Positions 26,025-39,337 of a stretch of 64,000 bases of DNA are shown here, in pieces (positions within the stretch are counted from its first letter, which is position 1; each line of letters opens with the position of its first letter). Position numbers and translations under genes: made by a program. Under the pieces are notes generated by a model that worked only from the letters and a program-made list of their open reading frames with translations, did no database searches and had not been told where the DNA came from. The DNA is from Octopus sinensis (taxonomy: Eukaryota), in NCBI RefSeq assembly GCF_006345805.1, contig NW_021835690.1:1-64000 (forward strand), in the 5' to 3' direction.

Positions 26025-26942
26025 TACATACACACATTTACGTGTTTTTATGATTGCATGTTGGCACTTTTGAAGCAAATTGTATCAAAAGACTAATGTA
26101 TTATACATAACACTCTCGATGCGTTCTGTCTTTCACCGATTTACGCTACACTTTTCACACGTCCTAATGGCAAACGAAGAATTCGCTGCCAACACGAACC
26201 CGTCAAAATTGATCTTCAAGCTAGCTAACTTTGAAAATGCCTCCTGGAATCTAATCAAAACTATTGATTGGTATTTTTCATAATTACTGATATTGTTTAT
26301 TCTTATTGATATTCAGTTACGTTTTTGTAGATTTTTTTTTGTTCATTTAGCATTTAGTCAGCATGTGGTTGTTCGTTTATATTACAATATTTTTCTGTTT
26401 TATTGATTATTATTGATCAAACACGTATATGGTATAAGAAGAAAACAACAGGATATCAACAAAATTTTTTTTAATTTCACATAAAAATTAAGAAGTTATA
26501 AAAATAAAGTAAAATAAATAATACAAAACATAACAGTAAAATTAAATATATCTTAACACCCCCACCTACCCATAGCCGAGTTTTAAATATTATAGATCAT
26601 TTAAATATTATCTCTATTTTTGGTTGAGTTTTCTTTTCGTTTTTACCACCTTCATCTTCATAATCAATGTATAAATCGTCACACTTATGAGCAGAAATAA
26701 TTAGCATGAACGTCATCATTTATATGAAACATCTTCTCCATCATTATCGTTATAATTGTCACGATCATGATCATGAATATCACCACATCATCATCATCGT
26801 CATCATCATCGTCATCGTCATCGTCTTCGTTAACGTTGTTGCTATCGTAATTGTCGCCAGCCGTCGTTAATGTCGTCGCCAACGTCGCACTCCTCGTTGT
26901 CCTCCTAATCATTGTCACTGTACTCAGAGATAAGGCGAATAA

Positions 26943-27728
26943 GGCGGCGAGCTGGCAGAAACGTTAGCACGCCGGACGAAATGCTTAGCGGTATTTCGTC
27001 TGCCGCTACGTTCTGAGTTCAAATTCCGCCGAGGTCGACTTTGCTTTTCATCATTTCGGGGTCGATTAAATAAGCACCAGTTACGCACTGGGGTCGATGT
27101 AATCGACTTAATACCTATGTCTGTCCTTGTCTGTCCCCTCTATGTTTAGCTCCTTGTGGGTAATAAAGAAATAAGTATTTTGTCTGCCGTTACGTTCTGA
27201 GTCTCGGGGTCGATTAAATAAGTACCAATTACGCATTGGGGTCGATATAATCGACTTAATCCGTTTGTCTGTGTTTAGCCCCTTGTGGGTAGTAGGAAAT
27301 AGGTATTTCGTCTGTCTTTACGTTCTGAGTTCAAATTCCGCCGAGGTCGACTTTGCCTTTCATCCGAGTAAATTAGTACCAGTTACGCACTGGGGTCGAT
27401 ATAATCGACTTAATCCGTTTGTCTGTCCTTGTTTGTCCCCTCTATGTTTAGCGCCTTGTGGTTAATAAAGAAATAGGTATTTCGTCTGTCGCTTCGTTCT
27501 GAGTTCAAATTCCGCCGAGGTCGACTTTGCCTTTCATCCTTTCGGGGTTGATTAAAAAATTACCAGTTACGCACTGGGGTCGATATAATCGACTTAATCC
27601 GTTTGTCTGTCCTTGTTTGTCCTCTCTTTGTCCCTTGTGGGTAGTAAAAAATAGGTATTTCGTTTGTCTTTACGTTCTGAGTTCAAATTCCGCTGAGGTC
27701 GTCTTTGCCTTTTATCCTTTCGGATCGA
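26943..27728 (+). repeat. Head-to-tail array of SINE family B: one full copy plus four copies lacking the first ~47 bp
   Basis: Units start at 26943, 27174, 27302, 27476 and 27654; each later unit begins at (G/A)GTATTT(C/T)GT directly after the AAATA tail. Confidence 0.9.
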
Positions 27729-28440
27729 ATAGTGAACATTTTCGCCGACAGGAATCTTTTCTCTAGCTCTATTTTTCTTTTCAGGTGAAAAGTGAAAAAA
27801 ATTCACCAATGCAGAGCCAGAGACGCTGCTACATGTCTTCAGTGCTTTCACTCTAGTCTTCATATCACCTCTTTCGCAATTGCTATTGCTACGAGAAAAC
27901 AATTCTTACCTTCTTTCGATAAGGAAACAGGTGGGTCAATTTTTAGAATTGACTCAGAAGACAGTTGTTCAACTCAAGCCCACACGTCTGACACCTCCGA
28001 ACACCGAACAATATCATGCAGGTCGGTTTCTCTATCCTGCCTGCTTCTCGGACAGGTCAATAGGCCGGGGCAACCGTGTCTTGTGAGCTTGTCTCGAACG
28101 GGCAAAGCTCCTCAGTAACACTACCAAGCCAGAGACTTCTGAAAGTTATCCAGGGTCTCCGTCCCGAATGTACATTAGAACAGACTGGCCATTTGATTAT
28201 CATCGAGAACTAGGGTTTCCCCCAAGGTATTGTCACATCCCTACTCTACCATCCGTCTATAGAAAGATGCGGCTGAACCACCAGCGCTGGCATTACCTGA
28301 GCGACGGAATAGCAGGAAAGCCTTACGGCACTCCGTAAACTATGTACCCAACTTCGATCTACGATAGAACCAGGTTTCCCATCCACCAACACTAGTGAAC
28401 CTGGGAAATTTCTGTTTAGCAAGCGGAGACCACACCTGTT
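27729..28440 (-). mobile_element. Decayed Tx1-clade LINE ORF2 C-terminal region (zinc-finger region)
   Basis: Hand translation of the minus strand: LDNFQKSLAW*CY*GALPVRDKLTRHG..TCPR..ETDLH..C..VW..AIAKEVI*..TRVKAL..FHLKRKI. Homologous to but diverged from 7145-7426. The 5' boundary is approximate. Confidence 0.75.
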
Positions 28441-28734
28441 CACCATCCAGGTGAAGCCACAGATGTCTCAACTTCAGCGCATGTCTGCGCATCAATAGGT
28501 TGTTGATCTTGGTTTCTGCTAATCTTGAAATTATGTAAATTGAAGTGCTGAGGAAGAGGCTGTAGAGAAGAGAAAGAGGAGAGAGCTTTAAAGGAAGAGT
28601 AAACCAGAGTGTTACGGATAATGAACAAAAGTAGGGATCGGGGAATTAGCTTTGACAACGGTGAGATACAGCTTGGTAATTTAAAGTAGAAACCGTTTAA
28701 CGACTGTAAAATAATCCTGTTAACTAATGATTTA

Positions 28735-29512
28735 TGCATATTGGTTATTGAACCTTTGCAGATCAAATAAATGGGATTTCATAAGATTTAGAAGTATTGG
28801 TTATTTAATAGTAACCACTATCATGGCCATTCGAGAATATCCTTCCGTCTGCTGTATTTGTACTTTGTCATGGGCAGCAACAGATCATAATTGACACATT
28901 TTCTTAACCACAAACTGACACCCAACGTTTTGTAAAACGGGATGATGTGTATTTTAGATGTTTGACTGAGGAAATAAGGGGTAAACAACCTCGAGTTTAT
29001 AGTTTGTTAGGCTCGCTCTGTGGATCTAGTCTATACGGATTCCTATCTTCTTCGCTTGAAATTCTGTTAGACAGATTTTCTCGGTTTTCTGACATGGTGT
29101 TGTGACTGAGGTATTCACCTGGATTTCTCCAATCTTATTTCATTTCACTTTGTTGTGGGGGGATGCATGCGTGCGTGCGTGTGTACGTGTGTGTGTATGT
29201 TTATGTATGTATAAAGAGATTTGTGAACATGTTTCTTGTGGTTTATACAGAGCCAATAAAACACCGACATTGCGTCCCGAGACTATCGGGAAAATGGAAG
29301 AAGATCAGTAACATGAGCTGTTAACCTTCAGGACACAAGAGTCAGATGGTGATATTAAACTGCTCGACTTAATATATATGCAGTTACACAAAACAGGGGC
29401 TATGAATTCTAGGTTTTCGTAAAGTTCATTCTGCACAGTTTCACGGAAAAGGTTTTCAACAGTTAATCGCTTTGATAGAAAAACACTTTAAATGTATGAC
29501 GTCTGTTTACAT
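28735..29512 (+). repeat. ~780 bp direct duplication, copy 1
   Basis: Aligns with 30845-31574 with scattered substitutions and indels. Confidence 0.9.
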
Positions 29513-30844
29513 AACATACATGTAAAGGTTTAATGTGTGGCCGAATATTATAAGCTGAAGATTGAAACTGAAAATATGATAGTTTTACCAACAAAATAAA
29601 TACAATGCATACTCATAATAAACGTACGTTATTACGTGTTTCTGCTCTTTATTAATTATTACAAATGCATACAAGGCGATGCCACAGCATGTCCGCAGTC
29701 AAACGACTGAAACTAGTAAAAGATAAAAGATAACAGTTATACAGACACCGATAATTAAAAAAACTGCTCGCAATTTTCATTGCGGTATTTATCCAGTACA
29801 TTATACATTTGATTCGGTTTGAAGCAATGGTTTCCGTCTTCTACTAATCATGTACAATTGCTGTCTAAAAATATACAATGTTTAATATTATTAAAATTCA
29901 AAAGCAGCCGTATATTATTTTACCTTAAACTGTTTTCGAAAAGAGCTTACTATGTTACATTTAGTGAGCAATATTACAAAATTTTGAATTAAAATTTGAT
30001 GACCATAAATACAGACATAATATTTATTCTTTGAAATATTACAAACGTTCTAAGTTCAAAAGGAAATGTTTATATTGATGAAAAAGTTTTCAGAAAAATA
30101 TTTATGACTAGCAAAAATGCTGTTATACGCACACATGCACATACACACGCACCTACATACGCACACACACATACACACAAACGAACATTTATACTTGCAG
30201 GCATTTGTATAAAAATATACGTATATATCTTTATAAGTAAGTGTGTGTATTTCGATATATATTTGTATATGTACATCTATGTATATATATAGATAGATAG
30301 ATAGATAGATATACATATACATATATATATACATATACATACATATATACGGAATACATGAAATAAAAAAGAACTGATACAAGTCAACGTGGCCCGTGGA
30401 ATATATTTGAATACCAAAAATGGATAAAGATATATTATATAACATATAATACACATTCTCCATTTATTAGAATTACCTCATCTTCTAAAGAATGGGAAAT
30501 AATACCTGAATATCAATTGGGACGACCTTCTATGAGAAAGTTAGACAATCTCAAGATTCTATAACTCACCAAAACTGACAGAGAAAGTGATATGTTCTCC
30601 CCAGAAAAACAAATATCTTCTCAATGGCACGTGAACGTCTGAGAATTAAGGATTCTTGTTATTATTATAAGAAATGCTCCCAACAGCAATTAGTAGATTG
30701 CTCTACATTCAATGGAATTCATGTTGTATGGCATTTCAATTAACTTTATCTCTATTCATCATATACCCGATTTTTGGCAAAACTGAGGTAATATTCTTGA
30801 TTCCTTTGCGTATATTACCTAGTCTGTAAATACGTTATGGATTC

Positions 30845-31574
30845 ATGTATTGGTTATTGAAACTTTGCAGATCAAATAAATGGGATTTCATAAGATTTAG
30901 AAGTATTGGCTATTCAATAGTAACCACTATCACGGCCATTCGAGAATATCCTTCCGTCTGCTGTATTTGTACTTTGTCATGGGCAGCAACAGATCATTAT
31001 TGACACATTTTCTTAACCACAAACTGATACCCTACTTATGGGGATGACGCTTTGTAAAACGGGATGATGTGTATTTTAGATGTTTGACTGAGGAAATAAC
31101 CTCGAGTCTATAGTTTGTTAGGCTCGCTCTATGGATTTAGTCTATACGGATTCTTATCTTCTTCGCTTGAAATTCTGTTAGACAGATTTTCTCGGTTTTC
31201 TGACATGGAGTTGTGACTGAGGTATTCACCTCGATTTCTCCAATCTTATTTCGTTTCACTGTGTGGGGGGTGCATGCCTGCGTGTGTGTGTATGTTTATG
31301 TATGTATAAAGAGATTTGTGAACATGTTTCTTGTGATTTATACAGAGCCAATAAAACACCGACATTGCGTCCCGAGACTATCGGGAAAATGGAAGAAGAT
31401 CGGTGACATGAGCTGTTAACCTTCATCACACAAGAGTCAGGTGGTGTTATTAAACTCCTCGACTTACTATCTATGCAGTTACACAAGACAGGGGCTTTTG
31501 CACAGTTTCACGGAAAAGGTTTTCATCAATTAATCGCTTTGATAGAAAACGCTTTAAATGCATGACGTCTGTTT
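30845..31574 (+). repeat. ~730 bp direct duplication, copy 2
   Basis: Aligns with 28735-29512. Confidence 0.9.
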
Positions 31575-31770
31575 AAGTATTACATCTAAAGATGTCTAAG
31601 TATCTTCATAATGGTAAAGCCTCATGAAGAAGGAACATATGTCATTTAGTTTCCCTTCAAGCTGGTCGCGACTAGCATCTAGCTGTTCTTTTTTAACTTT
31701 GTTTAGAAGTAGAGATAAATTTAATTATGTAATGTGTGTGTGTTTGTATGTATGTCTGTATGCATGCATG

Positions 31771-31857
<87 letters not shown>

Positions 31858-31872
31858 GTCTATTTTTAATTT

Positions 31873-32083
31873 TTACTCTTTTTTTACTTTTGTTTCACTC
31901 TTTATACTTTGGCCATATTGGGGCATCACCTTGAATGGTTTTAGTCGAACACATCGACCCCAGAACATATATTTTAAGCCTAGTATATATTTTATCGGTC
32001 TTTTTTGACGAACTTCTCGCTACTGTGACTTAGACACGCCAACACCGGTTGTCAAGGAGTAATGGGATACACACATACACACC

Positions 32084-32127
<44 letters not shown>

Positions 32128-32300
32128 TAAACACATGTATATATATATATATATATACCACGGGCTTCTTTCAGTTTCCGTATACCAAATACACTCACAA
32201 GGATTTGATCGGCCCGAGGCTATAGTAGAAGACACTTGCCCAAGGTGCCACGCAGTGGGACTGAACCTGAAACCATGTGGTTGGTAATCAAGCTTCTCAC
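31873..32300 (-). mobile_element. SINE family A, older diverged copy
   Basis: GAAGACACTTGCCCAAGGTGCCACGCAGTGGGACTGAACC and the tail are recognisable. Confidence 0.85.
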
Positions 32301-32373
32301 ACACACACACACATACATACATACATACATACATACACATACACAGATATATATACATATATATATATGTATG

Positions 32374-32407
<34 letters not shown>

Positions 32408-32924
32408 TGTATGTAGTTTCCTTGAAACATATATAATAATATATATATTGATATATATTCTTTAATGAAATCTTACAAAGATATGTTTTCGAAGCTGTCG
32501 ATGACATACATATTGGTGAGAGCAATAATTTGTTTACAGAAAGTAAAAAAAAAAAACGGATTTATCCGTCACCGTTACACAACTTAACGGTGTGAGATAA
32601 GAAGTACGCAGCGTTGAACAGAATATCTTCAAGAACTCTTCCCATCCGTACAGTAGTAGACGAATCATAAATTATGAAATTTTTATCAAGTGTTCCAATT
32701 TCACGTTGATTATGTATAAAATTTAATAATATCATTCAGTTTTTATGTTATGCATTGATCATAAGAGATTTATTGAACGGTTAGGAAGGTTTGAAGTTAT
32801 TTTTCTTTATAAAAACAAATTAATTTCGTTAAAAATTCATCACCATAATCCAAATACGCTTCTTTGAAAACGTATCACTGTAAAATGTCATTAAAATATG
32901 AATTATGAAGAAAGTTTCGAGGAA

Positions 32925-33073
32925 GCTATGTAGGTATGTAGGTATGTAGGTAGGTAGGTAGGTAGGTATGCAGGTAGGCAGGTAGGTAGATAGATAAGTA
33001 GGTATGTAGGTAGGTAGGTAGGTAGGTAGGTAGGTATGCAGGTAGGCAGGTAGGTAAGTAGGTAGGTAGGTAG
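32925..33073. repeat. (TAGG)n microsatellite
   Basis: Directly visible. Confidence 0.9.
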
Positions 33074-33294
33074 GGCGGCGAGCTGGCAGAAACGTTAGCA
33101 CGCCGGGCGAAATGCGTAGCCGTATTTCGTCTGCCGTTACGTTCTCAGTTCAAATTCTGCCGAGGTCGACTTTGCCTTTCATCCTTTCGGGGTCGATTAA
33201 ATAAGTACCAGTTGCACACTGAGGTCGATGTAATCGACTTAATCTATTTGTCTGTCCTTGTTTGTTCCCTCTGTGTTGTGGTAGTAAAGAAATA
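33074..33294 (+). mobile_element. SINE family B copy
   Basis: Full head to AAAGAAATA tail; TAGG repeats on both sides. Confidence 0.9.
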
Positions 33295-33332
33295 GGTATG
33301 TAGGTAGGTAGGTAGGCACGCATGTATATATG

Positions 33333-33561
33333 TTTCTTTATTACCCACAATGGGCTAAACATAGATGGGACAAACAAGGACAAACAAACGGATTAAGTCG
33401 ATTACATCGACCCCAGTGCGTAACTGGTACTTACTTTATCGACCCCGAAAGGATGAAAGGCAAAGTCGACCTCGCTGGAATTTGAACTCAGAACGTAACG
33501 GCAGACGAAATACGGCTACGCATTTCGCCCGGCGCGCTAACATTTCTGCCAGCTTGCCGCC
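33333..33561 (-). mobile_element. SINE family B copy, tail-to-tail with the previous one
   Basis: Reverse complement of 33074-33294. Confidence 0.9.
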
Positions 33562-34546
33562 TACATATATACGCATGTATACATGTATTATGAATGCTTA
33601 TATCTGTGTGTATGTATATATATATAGAGAGAGAGAAGGAAGCAGATAGAAAAACATCGACGTAAACGCCTACTTTAACTGCATGTCATTTCTTCAAGCT
33701 TCTACAATTGTCGAACCTGAGATCTGTTTTGCTAGTTACACAACAATCTGTCAATCTTCTTTCTTTCCCTCATTCCTTTCCTTTTCTTTCCACTTCACAT
33801 TTTTTCTGTACAGCCCCTTATTTTTGTTTTTCTATTTCTTTTTCTTTTTTATAGTTATATTTTCCTAGCAAAATCTTCTGGAAATAAAAGGAAATAAAAT
33901 CGTCAGATGAATTTCTGAATTATCTCTTGTACTCCTAAACATTCGCCAACTATAACAAACCTTCGAAACCACTTCCGGATTCAAAGACAAGTGAAGACGG
34001 GTTGGAAAATCTAAATATTTATATTGTATGCATATTGAACGTCAACAAACAGCCATGGCTGTTCGTTGACAAATTTTTCCATTTTCTAAAGGTAATTTAT
34101 GTTGTATTTCTGTTCAAACGACAATTATTCGTTCGAAAAAAAATCTTCTTTTTTGTATCATATATATATATATATGGCAGTGCTGGCCAATTGATCCACC
34201 TCTAGAAACACGGTTAGTGGTGTTCCACGGGGCACAGTCTTCATAACCTATACTACAAATTTGTGTGTGTATGTGTGTATACGTGCTTATCAAGTTGATT
34301 ATCTATATTTCTATATGTGTGCGTAAGCTCATTTATAATACGTTTATGCTAAAGTTAATCTACTTCATACGTTATGCGACAGCGTTGTAGTAAATCAACC
34401 TCCAGCTATATACTATTTATTCTTCTTGGGAATTAAATTAAAACTTCTGGTCATTTAGTAAACGAAAGTTTAAGAAATTAACATATTATCGAGTTTCATT
34501 CTTGACTACTAACAGGACTCAAGTAGAGCTAAATCGGAACAAAATA

Positions 34547-35258
34547 CAGTAGCACCTCGATTTTCGAACAACTCAGATTGCGAATAAATCGTGCTTTATA
34601 TATACATATATAAAATTACCTGTTAAAGATAGTTTTTCTTGTGTTTAAATGTACACTATTTTATATTGATAATATGTTGTCTATTGACTTTTTATACATG
34701 CTAAGCCACTGGTAGTGAAATTTCTAAAGAATATTCGCTACCCTCTATATTTTACGTATATGATTTACGTATAGCATTTCGAAGATCAGTGAAACTGCAC
34801 TTGCGCGGTAAATTTGAAAAATTGTAACATATAATGATGGAACACGTGTTACTTGTCTCTAAATTATATGTTAATGTTATGGCGCGGTTACTGATGAGAA
34901 TTTCGCCTGACAAATTATTTTATTTGCTAGAAAAATTTTAAACCTAGGTATAACCGTAAAAAAATAACAAGGCAAAAGTTTTAATTTTTCATTCCCTTCG
35001 AAATTGCTCTTAAATGTGCTTCGGTCGTTTTGACTGCTTCTTCTAGCGTGTGAAATTACCTGTTAAAGGTAGTTTCTCTTGTGTTTAAATGTACATTATT
35101 TTATATATATATATGTATGTATATATATATATATTATATATATATATATGTATGTATATGTATATGATTGATTGATTGATTCTAGTTTCAGCTTATGAGC
35201 TGTGGCCATGCTGGGGCACCGCCATTTACACCACCATATATATATATATATTATATAT

Positions 35259-35316
<58 letters not shown>

Positions 35317-35443
35317 CACAATTTATTCATGATCAGAGGCATTCGTAACCGAGGTACTACTGTATTAAATGAATATGAGAAAGACAGAAGATAAAGTACG
35401 ATTTATTCGTGGTCAGAGGCGTTCGTAAACCGAGGTTCCACTG
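34547..35443. mobile_element. Tc1/pogo-type MITE with TA TSD, one left TIR and two right TIRs, carrying a nested insert
   Basis: TA|CAGTAGCACCTCG..GAATAAATCGTGCTTTAT (34547-34599) pairs with ~53 bp TIRs ending at 35362 and 35443, each followed by TA. Confidence 0.7.
34613..35105 (+). mobile_element. Penelope-like pLTR remnant with terminal direct repeat and hammerhead (34885-34956)
   Basis: AAATTACCTGTTAAAG..TTTTATAT at ~34613-34666 and ~35053-35106; cggtta-CTGATGA-gaattt...aatttt-AAA-cctagg-TA-taaccg (GAAA mutated). Confidence 0.7.
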
Positions 35444-35813
35444 TATTTATCTTTTATATTTTACGGAGCACCGCCTGGAAGGGTTTAGTTGAACAAGTCA
35501 ACCCCAGACATTTTTTTAAGTCAATATTTTTGTCACTTCAATTTGTCATTTACGCATTTATATTTTTCTTATTTTAATACAAATTCTTCTATTTAAACAT
35601 TATTAAATCTCAGAACGAGATGTAAACAGTAATCGCTCGACAATGTAAAGTATAATAGCCATCTCAATATGGCTAACCACAAAGGGGGGTGTTACTGTAG
35701 CTTTTTAGCCCCAGGAGATCATCGTCTCCAGCTGGCTTTAGGCACACTTTCTGTGCCCTTATGGTATTTGCAAAGGGAGGCCATCCCTTTCTCGTAAACC
35801 TAAGTGATACGCA

Positions 35814-35852
35814 CCGGACCGCGGTTTCGAGGTTATTGCCTCTTATCAACGG
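35814..35852 (-). ncRNA. Degenerate minimal hammerhead motif
   Basis: Minus strand ccg-TTGATAA-gaggcaataacctc-GAAA-ccgcgg-TC-cgg. All stems pair; two core substitutions. Confidence 0.6.
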
Positions 35853-36445
35853 GCGGCAATCACTGGATCAGAAAATTAGTACGGTATTTTTAATTTAGTT
35901 TCAAATAAATATATGTTCTTCTTATTTTCTTATAATTTCTTTGTCTCCACTTGTATATATTTGCCTCGGTGTATTTTTTTTATACTTTCTTACAGATTAG
36001 ATAATACGCCTGTCCTTTTCGCAGTAGATCATAGCTAATATTAATGAAATAGAGAAATAATTTATTTTGATTTTTCACAAGATCTGTACAAGAATAGGTC
36101 AAATCATAAGATTTGTTCAACAAGAATAAGCCAAATGATATTTGAATGGTCTCCAAATGAAATGATAGACGGCGTTGAGAGAAACGATTTAATTTACTAC
36201 TTTCCTCTTCGCACCGAATATCATTCACTTTCATTGTGTTTCATGCGAGATTCCTTACTTTCAGACGCTGATTTAAATCATTTGATTATCATAATATATT
36301 TTGGAACATGTATTATGACTTTGCATATACTGCATAAAATGTAGAAGGCCAAATCTCCGTTGCTCTCAGCTAATTCTCGAATTAAAACAAAACGCCAACC
36401 TCTCAACACAACTTAATCATAAGCGCTTGCTGTTATTATTATGTA

Positions 36446-36838
36446 CTAGCAGTATCGCCCGGCGTTGCTCGGGTTTGTAAGGGAAATAACTATATAAGCA
36501 TTTTTAGAGATGTAAAGTATAATAGCCATCTCAATATGGCTAACCACAAAGGGGGGGTTACTGTAGCTTTTTACGTTCTGAGATTTAATAATACATTTTT
36601 AGAGAGTTACTTCCCTTATATAATAGCAAAAAAAATTATTAAAAATGGGAAAAAATTATGGTAATTTTTTTTTTAATCGTAGACTCATCGTAGACACGCG
36701 TTAATACCCAGAAGGGCTCGATATGAATCACGACTATAAGATACCCGCTTTTAGTTACACTGCACCGCAAAATGTGGGAGTAGTTAGAAATCTAAATCGT
36801 AGGAGACAGACACACAACTTCACTTTTATATATAAAGA
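36446..36838 (-). mobile_element. Non-autonomous Helitron
   Basis: Minus strand begins TC, ends with hairpin CCCGAGCAACGCCGGG then CTAG, and sits between A and T. A second copy is at 46571-46965. Confidence 0.88.
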
Positions 36839-36844
36839 TTAGCA

Positions 36845-37200
36845 GGGGCGTAGACTTGGATTTTTGGATAAGAGGTTCGTTTCATTCCCAGGTGGTTTCG
36901 TGGTGGATCACGCTCTGAGACATTTTCGGCAGGTGTCGTCAAATTAGCCCCGGGTTGAGAAACTGTGTGGAAACGTGCCACGTGTATGTGTGTGTGGCAA
37001 AGAGACAGAATGCGTGCGTAAATATATCTGTGGATATGTTTGTGTTTCTTTTGTGCGTCTCTCACTGAGTCGGAGTTTATGTCTCCATCGCTGATCCGTT
37101 CGCCAAAAAGGAACAAACGAATAAGCAGTAAAGGTTAAATACGGGGATTGATTCTTGAGCAGCTATTCTCTCCAAGGTCATGTCCTACTGATCAATAAGG
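36845..37200 (+). mobile_element. Highly diverged SINE family A-like copy
   Basis: Residual similarity (GGAAAC..GTGTATGTGTG..GTTCGCCAAAAAG..GAATAAG). Confidence 0.45.
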
Positions 37201-37729
37201 ATTTGATAACTAGATGAATTATATAATATATAATAAAGTAGCAATGTTGACAACATGCCAAATATTCAACAAAAATTAAATTATTATCGAATCGTTATAG
37301 CATGAACTACTTGGTGGTAAATATTCCCACATAATTAAACGGGTTATAAGCCAAGATAATTACTTGACAAAACTGTAGACTCCTGAAAAGGATAAAATGA
37401 AAATCTTACGTCCATGGTATTCTGCAAAAGATCACTAAAATTACCCCTCAAGATTAGCAATTCAAGCTTCTAGATTTTATCAACAAAATCAAGTTCCGGA
37501 TGTTCTCCTATCCATTCCAACATATGTTCACCGCACATACTGAAAACCAATGATCATCAAACAAAACTCTAGACTTGGAATATATACAGGGTAGAACTTA
37601 GCTTCTCGAACCATTTACTCAATAACAACATTATGCTAAACAACACCGCACGATTACAATAACAAACACTGATCCTAAATGCAAATGATACTGTTTCGCT
37701 CATATGTTTTACATACTGATTTATACATA

Positions 37730-37789
<60 letters not shown>

Positions 37790-37790
37790 C

Positions 37791-38807
37791 TACTAATATA
37801 GGATGAAGTTTTTTTCTCTTCAGAAAAAAATTCCATCAAGAAATGTGGCAGCATATTAAAATACCTTTACGGTTAAAATTATAAACAACTTATAAGTAAG
37901 GGCTAAAGAAAATTATTTCAATGCCAATATGCTGATAACAGACTTTTAAATCGTCAATTTCCACATATAATTTACTCGCTACAGCAAAAACCGAAGAACT
38001 GAAGTCGGGCAAGTCGGCCGTTAGAATTTTTTTAAAATTCGTTATTTCTATATTGAATCAATTTCGGAATTAATCTCAAAAACACTTATTCCTCCTCAGT
38101 AGAACTTACGAAAGGATATAAATAAGATACTTACATGCGCCCATGGAAAAAGCCGAAGCAAAAAACATGGGTACATTTAAGTACCCCAGTTATATCTAAA
38201 AATAAAAATTCTTTGGTCAGCCTCAGTACAACGTGTTGACTGTTCCACACTACAGGTTATAGTGGTTACGTCCCTATAGTGAGTAGTTATAAGTCTACTA
38301 CTAATATAGGATGATGTTTCTTTTCTCTACAGAAAAAAATTCCATCAAGAAATGTGGCAGCATATTAAAATACCTTTACAGTTAAAATTATAAACAACTT
38401 ATAAGTAAGGGCTAAAGAAAATTATTCCAAAGTCAATATGCTGGTAACATATTATTAAATCGTCAATTTCCACATATAATTTACTCGCTACAGCAAAAAC
38501 CGAAGAACTGAAGTCGGGCAAACCGGCCGTTAGAATTTTTTTAAATTCGTTATTTCTATATTGAATCAATTTCGGAATTAATCTCAAAAAGACTACTCGC
38601 TATAGGGACTGGTAACCACTATAACCTGTAGTTGGGAACAGTCAACACGTTGTACTGAGGCTGACCAAATAATTTTTATTTTTAGATATAACTGGGGTAT
38701 ATCTGTATATCTGTAGCGAGTAAATTATATGTGGAAATTGACGATTTAATAGTCTGTTATCAGCATATTGGCATTGAAATAATTTTCTTTAAGCCTTACT
38801 TATAAGT

Positions 38808-38810
<3 letters not shown>
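37791..38810 (-). mobile_element. Penelope-like pLTR locus in (TA)n: partial tandem plus two inverted segments
   Basis: 37791-38081 is repeated at 38300-38590; 38592-38699 inverts ~38181-38287; ~38712-38809 inverts ~37885-37984. Confidence 0.8.
38046..38104 (-). ncRNA. Type I hammerhead ribozyme motif, intact core
   Basis: Minus strand ttcta-CTGAGGA-ggaat...attcc-GAAA-ttgattcaa-TA-tagaa. Confidence 0.8.
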
Positions 38811-38884
<74 letters not shown>

Positions 38885-39337
38885 TTCGACCAATTCTTCG
38901 TTTAGAATTCTTCAATTTTCGTTGATTTGTTCGCTTTGGTATACATATTATTCAGAGTAAGTCAGGTTTTTTCAAAGTAAATAGTGAAATATTATAAATA
39001 AAATATTTCGGATCGTTATCAATTAAGCCGAAATAATTTAGTTAGTCCTTCTAGCTATAAATAGTTTCCTAAGAAAAGTCAATTATTTCAACGAAATTTA
39101 TGAAAGGGATTCGTTCCTTGGTTCAGCAGTATTAACAGGTCTTTCGAACTAAACGAAACAGACCCGGTTTCAAATTTAATACTAATCGCAATTGCAATAG
39201 GATCAAAGTCTTGTTTTAGATTTCCAAGAGTTTCAAACTTCATGACACGATCGAGTCAAAACTCTCTCTCCCTTAAATCTGATCCGAACGTTTTAGAGGG
39301 TCTTTTTAGAATTTCGTTTACAACAGGGAAGATCTAG

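Noticed and set aside
37409-37541. Exon-like minus-strand segment with AG/GT boundaries
   Set aside because: All three frames contain stops and the peptide is unrecognised.
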